Below are positions 28,369-38,555 of a stretch of DNA of 64,000 bases, in pieces. The translations under genes and the position numbers were made by a program. This DNA comes from Terrimicrobiaceae bacterium (lineage in GTDB: Bacteria > Verrucomicrobiota > Verrucomicrobiia > Chthoniobacterales > Terrimicrobiaceae): positions 1 through 64,000 of the forward strand of contig JBGSVZ010000066.1 of assembly GCA_041752695.1 (NCBI GenBank). Reading direction: 5' to 3'. The notes beneath the pieces are model-generated. The model was given only the letters and a program-made list of their open reading frames with translations. It had not been told where the DNA came from and searched no databases. Within the stretch, counting starts at the first letter, position 1. Each line of letters starts with the position of its first letter.

Positions 28369-28521
28369 ATGCCACATCGTCCGCCGAAGAAAGTGAAAAA
28401 GCCAAAAACCGGGGAAGTTCCGGGATCGCGCGAGGCGCAACTGGCCGAACAGCGCCGCCGCGAATTCGCGTCCCGCTCGATCCTCTCCCGTTTTCAAAAC
28501 CGCTCGTCCGAACGCAAATAG
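28369..28521 (+). CDS. 50-aa basic small protein
   Basis: MPHRPPKKVKKPKTGEVPGSREAQLAEQRRREFASRSILSRFQNRSSERK*; stop 3 nt before the next ATG; -10-like GATTAT 6 nt upstream; not in the ORF track. Confidence 0.55.
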   Translation: MPHRPPKKVKKPKTGEVPGSREAQLAEQRRREFASRSILSRFQNRSSERK

Positions 28522-28524
28522 CCC

Positions 28525-29394
28525 ATGGCCGTCCTCGGTGTTCGCAACCAACTTCCGATCCTTCGCGAGACCAATTCCGGCTTGTTCCTGGATGGCGCGG
28601 AGGATGGGGAAATCCTCCTCCCGGGCCGCTACATCCCTGCCAATGCGACGCCCGGCACGCTGTTGGATGTTTTCCTTTATCGGGATTCCGAAGACCGCCT
28701 CGTGGCCACCACGGAAACGCCGCTGGCCATGGTGGGGGATTTTGCAACGTTGCGCGTGGTGAGCCTGCATCCGGATATCGGGGCGTTTCTCGATTGGGGG
28801 CTGGCCAAAGATTTGCTCCTTCCCCGCCGGGAACAGGCCGGACCCGTGCGGATCGGTCAATTGATCACGGTGCGGGTTTTCCTCGACGAACGGTCGAACC
28901 GCATCGTCGCCAGCATGAAGCTAAACCGCTGGCTGGAAAAATTGCCGCCCCACTACCGCCGTGAGCAGCCGGTCACAATCATGATCTCGAATGAGACCCC
29001 CCTCGGGTACAACGCGATCGTCGAGGGACGTCATAAGGGATTGCTTTATCACGATTCGTTGGCTGCACCCTTGCGTCCGGGGGAAACGATGCAGGCCTTT
29101 GTATCCGCGGTGCGGGCCGATGGGAAGATCGACCTCACCCTCGACCGCGCCGGATACGTGCGGGTGAAGCCGCTCGGCGATCAAATCCTGCAGGCCCTCA
29201 CAGAGGCCGGCGGTAAACTGCCGTTCCACGACAAAAGTTCCCCGGAGGAAATCCGCGCCGCTTTCGGCGTCAGCAAGAAAGCCTTTAAACAGGCCTTGGG
29301 CGCCCTTTACCGGAAAAAGCGCATCGCTCTTGACCCGACGGAGATCCGTCTTTTGCCGGAGCAGAAAAAGCCGACTCGGGGGAAGACGCGCTGA
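28525..29394 (+). CDS. S1-domain RNA-binding protein (CvfB/YitL family)
   Basis: FLYRDSEDRLVAT, GAFLDWGLAKDLLLP, DKSSPEEI..FGVSKKAFKQALG. Confidence 0.9.
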   Translation: MAVLGVRNQLPILRETNSGLFLDGAEDGEILLPGRYIPANATPGTLLDVFLYRDSEDRLVATTETPLAMVGDFATLRVVSLHPDIGAFLDWGLAKDLLLPRREQAGPVRIGQLITVRVFLDERSNRIVASMKLNRWLEKLPPHYRREQPVTIMISNETPLGYNAIVEGRHKGLLYHDSLAAPLRPGETMQAFVSAVRADGKIDLTLDRAGYVRVKPLGDQILQALTEAGGKLPFHDKSSPEEIRAAFGVSKKAFKQALGALYRKKRIALDPTEIRLLPEQKKPTRGKTR

Positions 29395-29406
29395 CTTTGG
29401 GCGCCC

Positions 29407-30159
29407 TTACGGGCGAAGGGCGCCGGCGGAAAAATCGGAGTCCTTGAGGGGCACATCATGCTTGATGTTCGAGCCCTCAAGCACGGTGCGTGAGCCTTTG
29501 CCGGGACGCTCGACGGTAAAGTTTGCCGGGATGGGCTGGTTTTTGTCGTCCTTGGCAATAAGGGTTATGGTGATGCGACGGACCAGGTTCCCTTTGCTGT
29601 CGAATTTTTCGACCTTCAGTGGGACCATCCTTTTCGGATCGATCCACGTTTTCACTCCGCCGTAACTGGAGGAATCGCCCTTGCCGGGCCGGGATTCCAG
29701 GATCTGACAGGAGACGTTTTTGATCTTCTCCTCGCCCACGATCTTTTGATTTTCCCAGGCAAAATAGTTGTCGGCCAGATCTTCATAGGCGAGATCGCTC
29801 CCGAAAATTCCATCTTGGATGCTGGCGATTGGTTTTACGGTGCCGTCTTGCAGCACGGATCCCGAGGGGCTTTGTCCGGAGACTTTGCGCAGGACGAAGG
29901 ACCCGTCCGTGCGGTCCTTGGGCCAGAGAACTTGATAATGCACGTCGGTGGCGGCCTTGGTCCGTCGCGCGTCGATTTTCAACTGAAGCACGGTTTTTTC
30001 GCCGCCGTCGGGCTGGAAGTCCATTTTCAGCCGGGCGGTCGAGGCATCGTCCCACACGGCCGCGGCCATGGTGGAGGCGAGGCTTTGGGCGTCCGGCGTT
30101 TCCTGCGCGTGAACTGAGGTGAGACAGGCCAGAAGGACGAGGAGATTGCGGTTTTTCAT
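29407..30159 (-). CDS. Outer-membrane lipoprotein-sorting (LolA-like) protein
   Basis: Signal peptide VHA-Q; IFGSDLAYEDL, CQILESRP, YGGVKTWID motifs; ATG 30159. Confidence 0.75.
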   Translation of the reverse strand: MKNRNLLVLLACLTSVHAQETPDAQSLASTMAAAVWDDASTARLKMDFQPDGGEKTVLQLKIDARRTKAATDVHYQVLWPKDRTDGSFVLRKVSGQSPSGSVLQDGTVKPIASIQDGIFGSDLAYEDLADNYFAWENQKIVGEEKIKNVSCQILESRPGKGDSSSYGGVKTWIDPKRMVPLKVEKFDSKGNLVRRITITLIAKDDKNQPIPANFTVERPGKGSRTVLEGSNIKHDVPLKDSDFSAGALRP

Positions 30160-30164
30160 AAGGT

Positions 30165-31280
30165 TCAGGCCTGCAGGGCGCGGCTGGGGGACAACCGGGA
30201 ACTCCGCCAGCCGGGGTAGAGGCCGCTGATGATTCCCACCACTACGGCAATGCCAATGGAGGTGAGCAGAAGGCGGGGACTCAGGTCGGGCTCGAGAAGC
30301 CCGCGCAGGTGGGTGGTGTTTTCCAGAATTTTCAGTCCGAGGGCTCCGAGGGCGACGCCGGTGATTCCTCCGAAAAGACCGAGCAGGGCGGATTCGCAGA
30401 GAACCATCAGGATGATGCGCTGCTTTTTCCAACCCACAGCGAGAAGGATTCCGATCTCATGGGTGCGTTCGAAAACGGTCATGAGCATGGTGTTCATCAC
30501 ACCGAGCACACCCACGATGATGGCGAGGAGTGCGGTGCTCCAGCTCATGGCTTGAGCGATGCGGAAACCCTGACTGGTGCCCACGACTTCGCTGGCTTCC
30601 ATGGCGCGACCTTCGGGGAAAATCTTCCGGATGTCGCCGCGCAGGCGCTCAATGTCAGCCTTGCTGGTGTCGGGGGTGTAGCGGATATCCACGAAGTTGA
30701 CCTTGCCTTCGTTGGCGGTGACCTGCTGCAGGAGGGGGAGGGACAGAATGATAGCGCCGTTTTCCACCACCGCGCCGCCATCCACGATGCCGACCACGGC
30801 GAGTTCCTCGGCTTCGATCTGCACCATGTCGCCGACTTTTTTCTTCAGGCCTTCGGCGGCCATGCGACCGAGGACCACGACGCGTTCCTGCGGATCGTTG
30901 GGCATCCGCCCTTCCACCACTTTCAACATGTCCCAAGTGAACCCGTCCCATTCGCGTCCGGACACCATGGTGAGCGGGGCGTCCTCCACACTCATCATGA
31001 GCATGAGAACGGTGGTCGTTTCCGCGACATTCGGGAGAGCCGCGACCTTTTCCTGAAGAGATTGGTCAAAAACTTTGGGCAGCAGGCCGCCGCTCATGTT
31101 GCTGACGATCATGTCGATGTCGATGACCTCCAACTGGCGGTCGATGCTTTTTTCATAACCCCAGGCCATGCCGACCAAAGCAACAACCGCAGCGATTCCG
31201 ATGGAAATGCCGAGCAGGGTGAGGGCGGTGCGGACCGGGCGGCGGACGAGGCCGCGAAAAACGACAGTGAAAAATGTCAT
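30165..31280 (-). CDS. ABC transporter permease (MacB/FtsX/LolE-like)
   Basis: RTALTLLGISIG, GVMNTMLMTVFERTHEIGIL.AVG, SGLYPGWR. Confidence 0.92.
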   Translation of the reverse strand: MTFFTVVFRGLVRRPVRTALTLLGISIGIAAVVALVGMAWGYEKSIDRQLEVIDIDMIVSNMSGGLLPKVFDQSLQEKVAALPNVAETTTVLMLMMSVEDAPLTMVSGREWDGFTWDMLKVVEGRMPNDPQERVVVLGRMAAEGLKKKVGDMVQIEAEELAVVGIVDGGAVVENGAIILSLPLLQQVTANEGKVNFVDIRYTPDTSKADIERLRGDIRKIFPEGRAMEASEVVGTSQGFRIAQAMSWSTALLAIIVGVLGVMNTMLMTVFERTHEIGILLAVGWKKQRIILMVLCESALLGLFGGITGVALGALGLKILENTTHLRGLLEPDLSPRLLLTSIGIAVVVGIISGLYPGWRSSRLSPSRALQA

Positions 31281-31987
31281 GCAGCGGTAGGGGCGGGCTC
31301 GGGAGCAACGATGCGACCGTCTTTCATCCGGATCGTCCGGGAGGCAAGATCCGAAATGCCGAGATCGTGAGTAACCAGGACGAGCGTGGTGCCGAGGTCC
31401 TTGTGCAATTTGAGCAGGAGTTCGACGATGTGACGGGAGTTTTCGCTGTCCAGGTTTCCCGTGGGTTCGTCTGCCAGCAGAACGGACGGGCTGTTGGCCA
31501 GGCTGCGGGCAATGGCGACACGCTGGCGTTCGCCGCCGGAGAGTTCCGCCGGAAAGTGCTTCAGACGATGGTCGAGGCCGACCTGTTTCAAGAGTTCCGT
31601 GGCGCGGGCGACACGCTCTCCCCGGGAGAGTTTGCTCTCAAACATTGGGATCTGGACATTCTCCGCGACGGTGAAGGTGGGGAGGAGGTGAAACGCTTGA
31701 AAGACAAACCCGATTTCCTGGGAGCGGTATTCGGAGGGGTCCTTCAGGCCGGCCAGGGATTTTCCGCGATAGCAGAGAGAGCCCTCGCTGGGTTGGTCGA
31801 GCGAGCCCAGCATTTGCAGCAAGGTACTTTTTCCGCAACCGCTCGGGCCGACAATGGCGACAAACTCCCCTTCCCAGATGTCAAAATCCACCCCGCGCAA
31901 CGCCGCAACCGCTCCGCCGTCGAAGTTTTTTTTCAGGCCGCGGGCCTCATAAACGAGGGTGCGGGTCGCGGTGGAATTTTTGCCCAT
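31277..31987 (-). CDS. ABC transporter ATP-binding protein (LolD-like)
   Basis: GPSGCGKS, LSGGERQRVAIAR, ADEPTGNLD, VTHD. Confidence 0.95.
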   Translation of the reverse strand: MGKNSTATRTLVYEARGLKKNFDGGAVAALRGVDFDIWEGEFVAIVGPSGCGKSTLLQMLGSLDQPSEGSLCYRGKSLAGLKDPSEYRSQEIGFVFQAFHLLPTFTVAENVQIPMFESKLSRGERVARATELLKQVGLDHRLKHFPAELSGGERQRVAIARSLANSPSVLLADEPTGNLDSENSRHIVELLLKLHKDLGTTLVLVTHDLGISDLASRTIRMKDGRIVAPEPAPTAA

Positions 31988-33018
31988 CAGGAGGTGATTT
32001 CCTTACTATCGCGCCAGTGGCTTCCGACGCGTGGGTCGGAAAGCTGTCCGAGAAGATGCCAGATGGCGCTGCGGTAGTTGGGGAAAGGGGTCAATTCCCC
32101 TTCCGCCTCGGGCGTGAGTGTGTCTGCATGCAGGGGAAGCTCATGGTGGGGCAACCCTGCGCTCATGTGATGAACGGCATGAAACGGCTCGTGAAGAAGC
32201 GTGAGCGAAAGCAGGCGGTCGGCCCAGGAATGGCCGATGATGCTGCGGGTGGCGCTTTTTGCGGTATGACCATGCAGGCCGATATGCTCAATGTATTTGC
32301 GCCAGCTCTGGAGATTTCCTGCCAGAAAGGCAGGCCCGGCCCAGATCCAGAGGAAATACGCCCAGATGTCGAACCACGTGACGGCGGCGATCACCGCCCC
32401 CCAACTCACCACCATCAGAATTCCCTCGGCCCAGATTTTCCGCCGCACCTTTTTGCTGCGAATGATGGAGTTCTTGCGGAAAAACATCCGCCAGAAAAGG
32501 AAGGGAGTGAAAAAGATTCCGAAGGTGAGTTCCACGAAAGCCGCCAGACAGCGCGCCCAGCGGGGCGCGCGGGTATTGACGAAAGGCCACATTTCCTCGT
32601 CGCGTTCTGTGGCCAGATACATGTGGTGGGTCTGATGGGCCGCCCGATAGAGGGTGAAACTGGTAAAACTGACGACCCCGATGAGCACGCCGTCGATTTC
32701 GTTGATCAGCCGGTTTTTCCGCAGCAAACCATGAGAGGCTTCGTGAAAACCGATCAGCGCCCCATGCATAAAATGGCTCACCAGCAGGGCGAGCGGAATG
32801 GCCAGCCAGATCCAATTGTGATACACCGCAAACCCCAGGGCAATCTGGGAGGAGGTCTGTGAGGCTACGATCAGAGGAAAAGCGGCCCGACTCGCCCAAT
32901 GCGTGTAAACATGTTCGTCCGCTTCTGCGGCGCTGACCCTCACCGGAACACCGGGTGTCTCCCGGGCGTCGTTTTGGTTGGTGGGTTCGCTGACGGAAAC
33001 CAGGGATTGCGAAGTCAT
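31987..33018 (-). CDS. Membrane fatty acid desaturase family protein
   Basis: His boxes HEASH, HQTHH, HAVHH; TM segments. Confidence 0.88.
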   Translation of the reverse strand: MTSQSLVSVSEPTNQNDARETPGVPVRVSAAEADEHVYTHWASRAAFPLIVASQTSSQIALGFAVYHNWIWLAIPLALLVSHFMHGALIGFHEASHGLLRKNRLINEIDGVLIGVVSFTSFTLYRAAHQTHHMYLATERDEEMWPFVNTRAPRWARCLAAFVELTFGIFFTPFLFWRMFFRKNSIIRSKKVRRKIWAEGILMVVSWGAVIAAVTWFDIWAYFLWIWAGPAFLAGNLQSWRKYIEHIGLHGHTAKSATRSIIGHSWADRLLSLTLLHEPFHAVHHMSAGLPHHELPLHADTLTPEAEGELTPFPNYRSAIWHLLGQLSDPRVGSHWRDSKEITS

Positions 33019-33019
33019 T

Positions 33020-34669
33020 TTAGCGTGCGGTGTTTTTCAGATGGAGGCGGAGGATGCGGTTGACCTCGGCGATAGCCAGGGGGTGTTGGTTGGACCAGTG
33101 ATGGCTGGGGACGATGAGTTCGCTCTCGGCACCCGCGATGTGGCTGCTCCAATAGGGAACGATGCCATCCGTGCTCTGTGGCGGAGTGCGGTCGAGATTG
33201 CCCCCCCGGCCGCGATCTCCGATGATGGAATGGAACGGGATGCCTTTCGTCGGCGGAATGGTATTGATGCTGGTGATAAAGCGATTATTGGGATCCAAGG
33301 TATCAATGCTGTTGGGCATACGGACGAGTTGCCGCCCATCTTCGCGCTTCCGGGTCAGTTTCGCAAATTCCTTGCCCACATCGGTCAGGGAGGCGGGAAC
33401 ATCAATGATAGTTGATCCCAGGCGTCCCCAGAATGAAACGGCCATGTCTGCGCCGCCCAGCGAGGCGGAGGCGAAAATCACGCGGGAAATTTCCGGGCGG
33501 TGTTTGAAAATCAGCGCGCTGGTGATGGCCTTGCGGGCGTCGGGCGAGAGGGGGGTTTCCTCCGGCGGAGTGTCAAAAAAAGTATTCCAGATGACCTTGT
33601 CGCTGTCGGTGATGAGAACGCGGGAGATACTTCCCCCCATGCTGTGGCCGATGACAACCACCGGCTTGTGGCCGGCGTGAAAGGCGTTGATGGCGTCCAT
33701 TTGTTTGCGCAGCACGGCGGCCATGACGGGATAGGGGTACCCTGTGGGATAGCTGAAAAACCAGATTTGGTAGTTTTGGCGGATCACCGCATCGCCGCGC
33801 AGGGCCTCGATCATGGGCGCCCAGGTCGCCTGGGAGTCCCCCAGGCCGTGGATGACGATGATGGGGATCTTTTTGGGATCATACGGCTGGAGCCGGGCAA
33901 GACGCGTGCTACTGGCAAATTTGTCCGGACTAAACATCCGCTGAATCTCGATGCGCCGGGGACGAAGTTCCGCGAGGGCGAGGCCGATGGGCGCGGTAAA
34001 ATCCGCCGCGACAGGGAAGGTGTGGCCCGCAAATTTTACGTCCTCCGTGGAAAGCGGATCCAGATAGGTGGCGGTCACCTTGCGGCCCTGGAAGCGTAAA
34101 ATCTGCGTGATGCCGTAATAGACATTTTTGCCCTGGATGAAGGGGTCGTAAACCGTGGGGTCGAAGCCCTTGCTGGCGATCACCATGGGCGCACCGAGGC
34201 CGGGCTTCACCGTCCGTTCCCGCACGAGTGTGCCGCGGAAAACGAAGCGGTCGGCGGGCAGGATGCGGTAATACGACGGGTCGTGCTGACGTTTATGATT
34301 GTGGGCGACGCTGAACGTCCAGTTCCCGTGGGCTCCGGGGCAGATGACCGGTTTGATCCAAGGTTGCAACCCGGAGGTGTGCAGGACGTCGAAAACCCGC
34401 GAGACTGCGAAATCGTAGTCGCGGAGCGCCTGGGAGTCCGACGGTTTTTTCTCCAGCACCTTGGTGGCGAGATAGGCCGCGTCGATAAAGTGTCCCATCT
34501 GTGCTTCCGGAGATTTTTCCGGACGCTTGAGGGCGCGGACGATGACCTCCCCGGCGGGCGAGGCGGCGGTGAAAGTGGGCTGGCGCTCCCGCACAGTGGC
34601 GTAATTTTTACAGCCCGTGCCGAACAGAACGAGAGCGAGCGCCGGGACAAGCAGCCTCCCCATGAGCAT
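33020..34669 (-). CDS. Alpha/beta-hydrolase lipoprotein (esterase/lipase)
   Basis: Lipobox FGTGC; IHGL, GHSMGG nucleophile elbow, DGIVPYWSSH; start uncertain (34663-34747). Confidence 0.85.
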   Translation of the reverse strand: MLMGRLLVPALALVLFGTGCKNYATVRERQPTFTAASPAGEVIVRALKRPEKSPEAQMGHFIDAAYLATKVLEKKPSDSQALRDYDFAVSRVFDVLHTSGLQPWIKPVICPGAHGNWTFSVAHNHKRQHDPSYYRILPADRFVFRGTLVRERTVKPGLGAPMVIASKGFDPTVYDPFIQGKNVYYGITQILRFQGRKVTATYLDPLSTEDVKFAGHTFPVAADFTAPIGLALAELRPRRIEIQRMFSPDKFASSTRLARLQPYDPKKIPIIVIHGLGDSQATWAPMIEALRGDAVIRQNYQIWFFSYPTGYPYPVMAAVLRKQMDAINAFHAGHKPVVVIGHSMGGSISRVLITDSDKVIWNTFFDTPPEETPLSPDARKAITSALIFKHRPEISRVIFASASLGGADMAVSFWGRLGSTIIDVPASLTDVGKEFAKLTRKREDGRQLVRMPNSIDTLDPNNRFITSINTIPPTKGIPFHSIIGDRGRGGNLDRTPPQSTDGIVPYWSSHIAGAESELIVPSHHWSNQHPLAIAEVNRILRLHLKNTAR

Positions 34670-34709
34670 GGGCAAAGTCCCCGGGCCGGGGGACGGCGGA
34701 ATTTCTAGA

Positions 34710-37700
34710 CTATTTGCGGCGGGCTTCATGGGTGGAGGCATTTCCACATGCCAAATAGATCTTTTGCAACTCTGGACTCACGTCCTCGCCCTCATTTGCG
34801 GCGGGGCTCTTCGCGTGAAAGGGACAGGTGGGGCGTTTGCCTGTCGTCGGATCGGCGGTTCGAAACCAGCACGCGCCCTCCGTTTGCTCCGCCGGGGAAA
34901 GTTTGGCTGGGCCGTAGGCCAGCGGGCCCGCTCCGGCAGGCTCGATCCGGGCGGGGAGTTGATCCAGCGCGATGCCGCGGCCGCAGGCCCAGGAGCGCAG
35001 GGCTTCGGCATCGACGGCATGGGTGTGATTGTCGGGACGAAAATGATCGGCCACCGCGCAAATGGTCGAGGCGCAGCCGTGGGCGATGCTGGCAGTTTGT
35101 TTCTGACGGCTGAATCCCAGCATGGGGTGGAAGGCGAACGAGCCGCAGGTCCAACGCGGTTTGACGGCCAGCACATCCAGATTGAGCGGGAGGTCGTGCG
35201 AAAGCACGTCGGGGTCGTTTTCGGCCGCGCGCTGGGCGATGATCCGCCGAATGTCGCGCTGCCCCTGCTGGAATTTTCCGATTTTCCCGTTGTAGCGCAG
35301 TTGCTTGGCGCGCGACCGGATGGCCGTCCAACTGAGTTCGTCGAGATCCTCCCGTTGTGACCAATCGGCTTTGTCCGATTCGAGCGTGGCGGTCAGGATG
35401 AGATGGGGGATTTTGGGCCGCCGCGCATAGACCGCGTTGCCGTCCTTGCCCCAGAGGTATTCGACCACCGCACCCAGTGGCAGATTGTCCATGATCCCGC
35501 CGTCTGCATATTGGGCCACCATGCCGGGGTTGCGATAGACCTCCCAGGACCAGCGGGGACGGAACAAGGCCGGAAACGCGCTTCCGGCCAGCAGTCCCTG
35601 CGTGAACCGGGGATCCCAGGAGTGCGAACTGCGGAGGATGTCGAGGTGGCCCTGAGTGAGGTTGGTGGTGGTGCCGATGAGGGGAAAACCAAAATGATCG
35701 AAACGCGCGCCTGGCACGGGTTTTCCTTCGAAGACGAACCCGTCGATCAACTGCTGCAGCGGCTCGGGCCCCAGCATTTCCAGGCCCACGCCGTAACGGT
35801 CCGCCACTTCCTGGGCCAGGGATTTGATCAATCGTCCCGCCTCTTGCCAATTGCCGGCCCGCAGCGTCTTGGTGAGTTCCATCACCTCAAAGGGACTCAA
35901 ATAAAACAGACGCTCCAAACCGGCAAAGACCCGGCGGGCTCGCCTACTGAAGGCGGACGACGGGTCCGTTTCATACCTCCGGAAAATCAGATCCAGATCA
36001 TGCGGGGAAAAATCCGCCGCCGCCGCGTGAATGGAAAAATGACGGATAAAGTCCGCGAAGCGATCCGTGAGAACGAAGCGGTCAATCGTGAGAAATGTTG
36101 CGGCCAGCCGGCGCATCTGGCGCTGGCGCTCCACGAGTTCCAATCCGGCAGGACGCTGGAAAACTCGCCCGGTGAGCGCCCCGACGATGGTGCCCACGGA
36201 GGATCCGGCAATGACGTCAGGCTGGATGCCCAACTCGCTGGCGGCATTGGCGAACCCGACTTGAAAAACTCCGCGAAAGACGCCGCCGCTGAAAAGAAAA
36301 ACCACGGCAGGATCCTGCTGGGTGTCCGGCGCGGCGGGAGCGGCCAGGAAGGGGCTGGGAGCGCGGCGGGGCAGGCGGATGTGTTGGCGGAGTTCCTGGT
36401 CGTCCCCCGCGGTGCGGCAGGCCACACACGAGCGGCAGATCTCGGAAATGCCGGGGCCGGGGTCAGGGTTGGTTCTGTCCACGGGAGCGCTGCCAGGAAG
36501 CGGAGAAAGTCCGCCCCACGCCGCGAGAAGTTTGCGGCACGAAACGTATTCGCGGCCGTCATTCCCGGTGAGTGTTTCTTCCGCTTCACGGAGGTTTTCC
36601 ACCGCCTCCCGCAAGGTCGCGGAGTGGTTGGGATCGAGATGCGGCCATTCGTCCGGCAGGTCTTCATCCGGTTCCAAGAGCTGACGCCGCTCTTCCGGTG
36701 TGCGGGTATCGGGCAGCGCATCGGTGACCAGGCGCTCGATCATAGCCCGGCATCCGTCGGCCACGGCGGCATCAATCATAGCCCGTTGTTTCGCGGCCGA
36801 GCCGGCCTGCAGCAACCGCAGACTCAAACGGGGCGGGCGTTCCGGGGCAACCAGACGGATCTTGGCGGGGAGAAAAGTCTCCTCCGAAACCGTCGCCGGC
36901 CGTCCGTTCAAAGCCCGGCTCATCCGGTCGATCAGCCCCTTGTCGAGCAGCATGTCCTGGAAACGCTGCAAATCGCGCGCCCGTAGCGCCACATCCACCA
37001 GCCCCGTGTAGGGTTCAAACTGGGCGGATGATTTTTCCTGCTTCACCGGGAGGAGCGGGGCGGAAATGATCCGCAGCGAAGTCCAGGTCTTTGTCGGGTG
37101 GTTGGTCACCATCCGGCACGCCTCTTCGTAGGCGGGCACGATGGGATCGTTGGCGACGCTGATCCCGTCGATGAAGGTGGCTGGTCCATCGGGCGTGCGA
37201 ATGGTCTGGGCTTTAAAAAAAGGCGCAGAGGCGCAGGCGCACATCAGGGCATCCACCACCGGCGTGGCGGCGGGGAGGGCCTCGAGTTTGCCCGTCCCCA
37301 GATTCGCCGCGATGGGTACCACCATAATCCCGCGACTGCCATCCGCGTAGCTGGAGAGTTTTTTTCGCGTGCCCCCGCCGTGGGCGGGACTGCGGTGTTT
37401 GATGGCGCGCCGCACGCTGTCGTCGAAGTCAAAAAGCCCGTAATAGGCCGGGTCCAGGTTCTGCACCAGGGCCTCTTTCAACGCATGCGAATCGCCCAGA
37501 TCACTGAAAATCTGAAAATGCTTGAGAAAGTTACTGCCCACATTTTTCCGGAAAAACAGCGACGCCCAGCCCGCGAGGGCGAGTCCGGCTAGGAGCAAAA
37601 ATCCCACCTCTGTCCCGATCCACGCCAACTGCTCCGGCCGAAGAATGGCAGCGAGCAAGCCGAGCCCCAAGGCCGGAACCAGCGCGAGTGCAATCACCAG

Positions 37701-38483
37701 AGGCAGAAAACCCAGCACCAGCCAGAGAACGTGATCCTTGATCGCGCGGAACCACGCCCATTTGTTGAAAATGATATGGCCAGCCTCCACACCCTCTGCC
37801 GCGGTGCGGCCCTTGATCCCCAGCAAATCGGCCACTTGCACCCGGGCCACCAGACTTACCGGCATGGATAGGGCCAGGATATTGCGCGCGACCAGCCACC
37901 AAAGTCTAAAGATCAGCCCGGCCCGCTTGCGGAGACACGCCCCGGAGTCGAGTTCGTCGGCGGCATTCCACCCCATCAGAACCCGCGAAAGCTGTGCCAC
38001 CAATTTCACGCTCACCCGCACTCGCAGCAGGTGATCAAACAGGCGGATGAGTCCCGTGCGACTCGCGACGGCCGTGCGACGGCTCTCCCGTTCCTCCTGA
38101 AAATGCCTCGGTAGTTCCACCGGCTTAAGGGCATGGGCGGAATTGGTTTCCAGCGGATCGGGAAAAAACCCACTTAAGACCGTGCTTGGCGCGGTGCGAA
38201 AAGCCTCGAGCAGCTCGCTGAAGCGCGCCACGCGATACTCTTCGGCCTCCTCGGGAGTGGCGTCCGATCCCGTCTGCAGCACATCTCCAAGGACAGTGGC
38301 GGTGATTGCTCCCACCGAGTGCCCGGCGACCATGTCCGGGGCCTGTCGCCGCGTCACCAGCAACGCGTGCACGACCCCCATGTGCAACACGGTATCAAAT
38401 CCCGCACCCGGAAACGACACCACCCGGAAAGGCTTTCCGCCCTCCGGAGTGGTCTGCTTGGACGAATGCGATGGAGTCTCCAT
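34710..38483 (-). CDS. Large tandem patatin-like phospholipase with a membrane insert
   Basis: Domain 1 FPGAGF/GHSVG/IDGI; domain 2 FSGGVFRG/GSSVG/ADGG; hydrophobic TM-like segments inside domain 1. Confidence 0.85.
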   Translation of the reverse strand: METPSHSSKQTTPEGGKPFRVVSFPGAGFDTVLHMGVVHALLVTRRQAPDMVAGHSVGAITATVLGDVLQTGSDATPEEAEEYRVARFSELLEAFRTAPSTVLSGFFPDPLETNSAHALKPVELPRHFQEERESRRTAVASRTGLIRLFDHLLRVRVSVKLVAQLSRVLMGWNAADELDSGACLRKRAGLIFRLWWLVARNILALSMPVSLVARVQVADLLGIKGRTAAEGVEAGHIIFNKWAWFRAIKDHVLWLVLGFLPLVIALALVPALGLGLLAAILRPEQLAWIGTEVGFLLLAGLALAGWASLFFRKNVGSNFLKHFQIFSDLGDSHALKEALVQNLDPAYYGLFDFDDSVRRAIKHRSPAHGGGTRKKLSSYADGSRGIMVVPIAANLGTGKLEALPAATPVVDALMCACASAPFFKAQTIRTPDGPATFIDGISVANDPIVPAYEEACRMVTNHPTKTWTSLRIISAPLLPVKQEKSSAQFEPYTGLVDVALRARDLQRFQDMLLDKGLIDRMSRALNGRPATVSEETFLPAKIRLVAPERPPRLSLRLLQAGSAAKQRAMIDAAVADGCRAMIERLVTDALPDTRTPEERRQLLEPDEDLPDEWPHLDPNHSATLREAVENLREAEETLTGNDGREYVSCRKLLAAWGGLSPLPGSAPVDRTNPDPGPGISEICRSCVACRTAGDDQELRQHIRLPRRAPSPFLAAPAAPDTQQDPAVVFLFSGGVFRGVFQVGFANAASELGIQPDVIAGSSVGTIVGALTGRVFQRPAGLELVERQRQMRRLAATFLTIDRFVLTDRFADFIRHFSIHAAAADFSPHDLDLIFRRYETDPSSAFSRRARRVFAGLERLFYLSPFEVMELTKTLRAGNWQEAGRLIKSLAQEVADRYGVGLEMLGPEPLQQLIDGFVFEGKPVPGARFDHFGFPLIGTTTNLTQGHLDILRSSHSWDPRFTQGLLAGSAFPALFRPRWSWEVYRNPGMVAQYADGGIMDNLPLGAVVEYLWGKDGNAVYARRPKIPHLILTATLESDKADWSQREDLDELSWTAIRSRAKQLRYNGKIGKFQQGQRDIRRIIAQRAAENDPDVLSHDLPLNLDVLAVKPRWTCGSFAFHPMLGFSRQKQTASIAHGCASTICAVADHFRPDNHTHAVDAEALRSWACGRGIALDQLPARIEPAGAGPLAYGPAKLSPAEQTEGACWFRTADPTTGKRPTCPFHAKSPAANEGEDVSPELQKIYLACGNASTHEARRK

Positions 38484-38555
38484 GATTGCGACGCCGTGTG
38501 TTATAGCCGGACGCCCCGCCGTCCGACAAACCCCAAAAACGGGGATTCCGGAACG

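Noticed and set aside
34710..38483. CBASS or other anti-phage role for the patatin
   Set aside because: No CD-NTase, Cap or other defence genes are nearby; the context is lipid modification and export.
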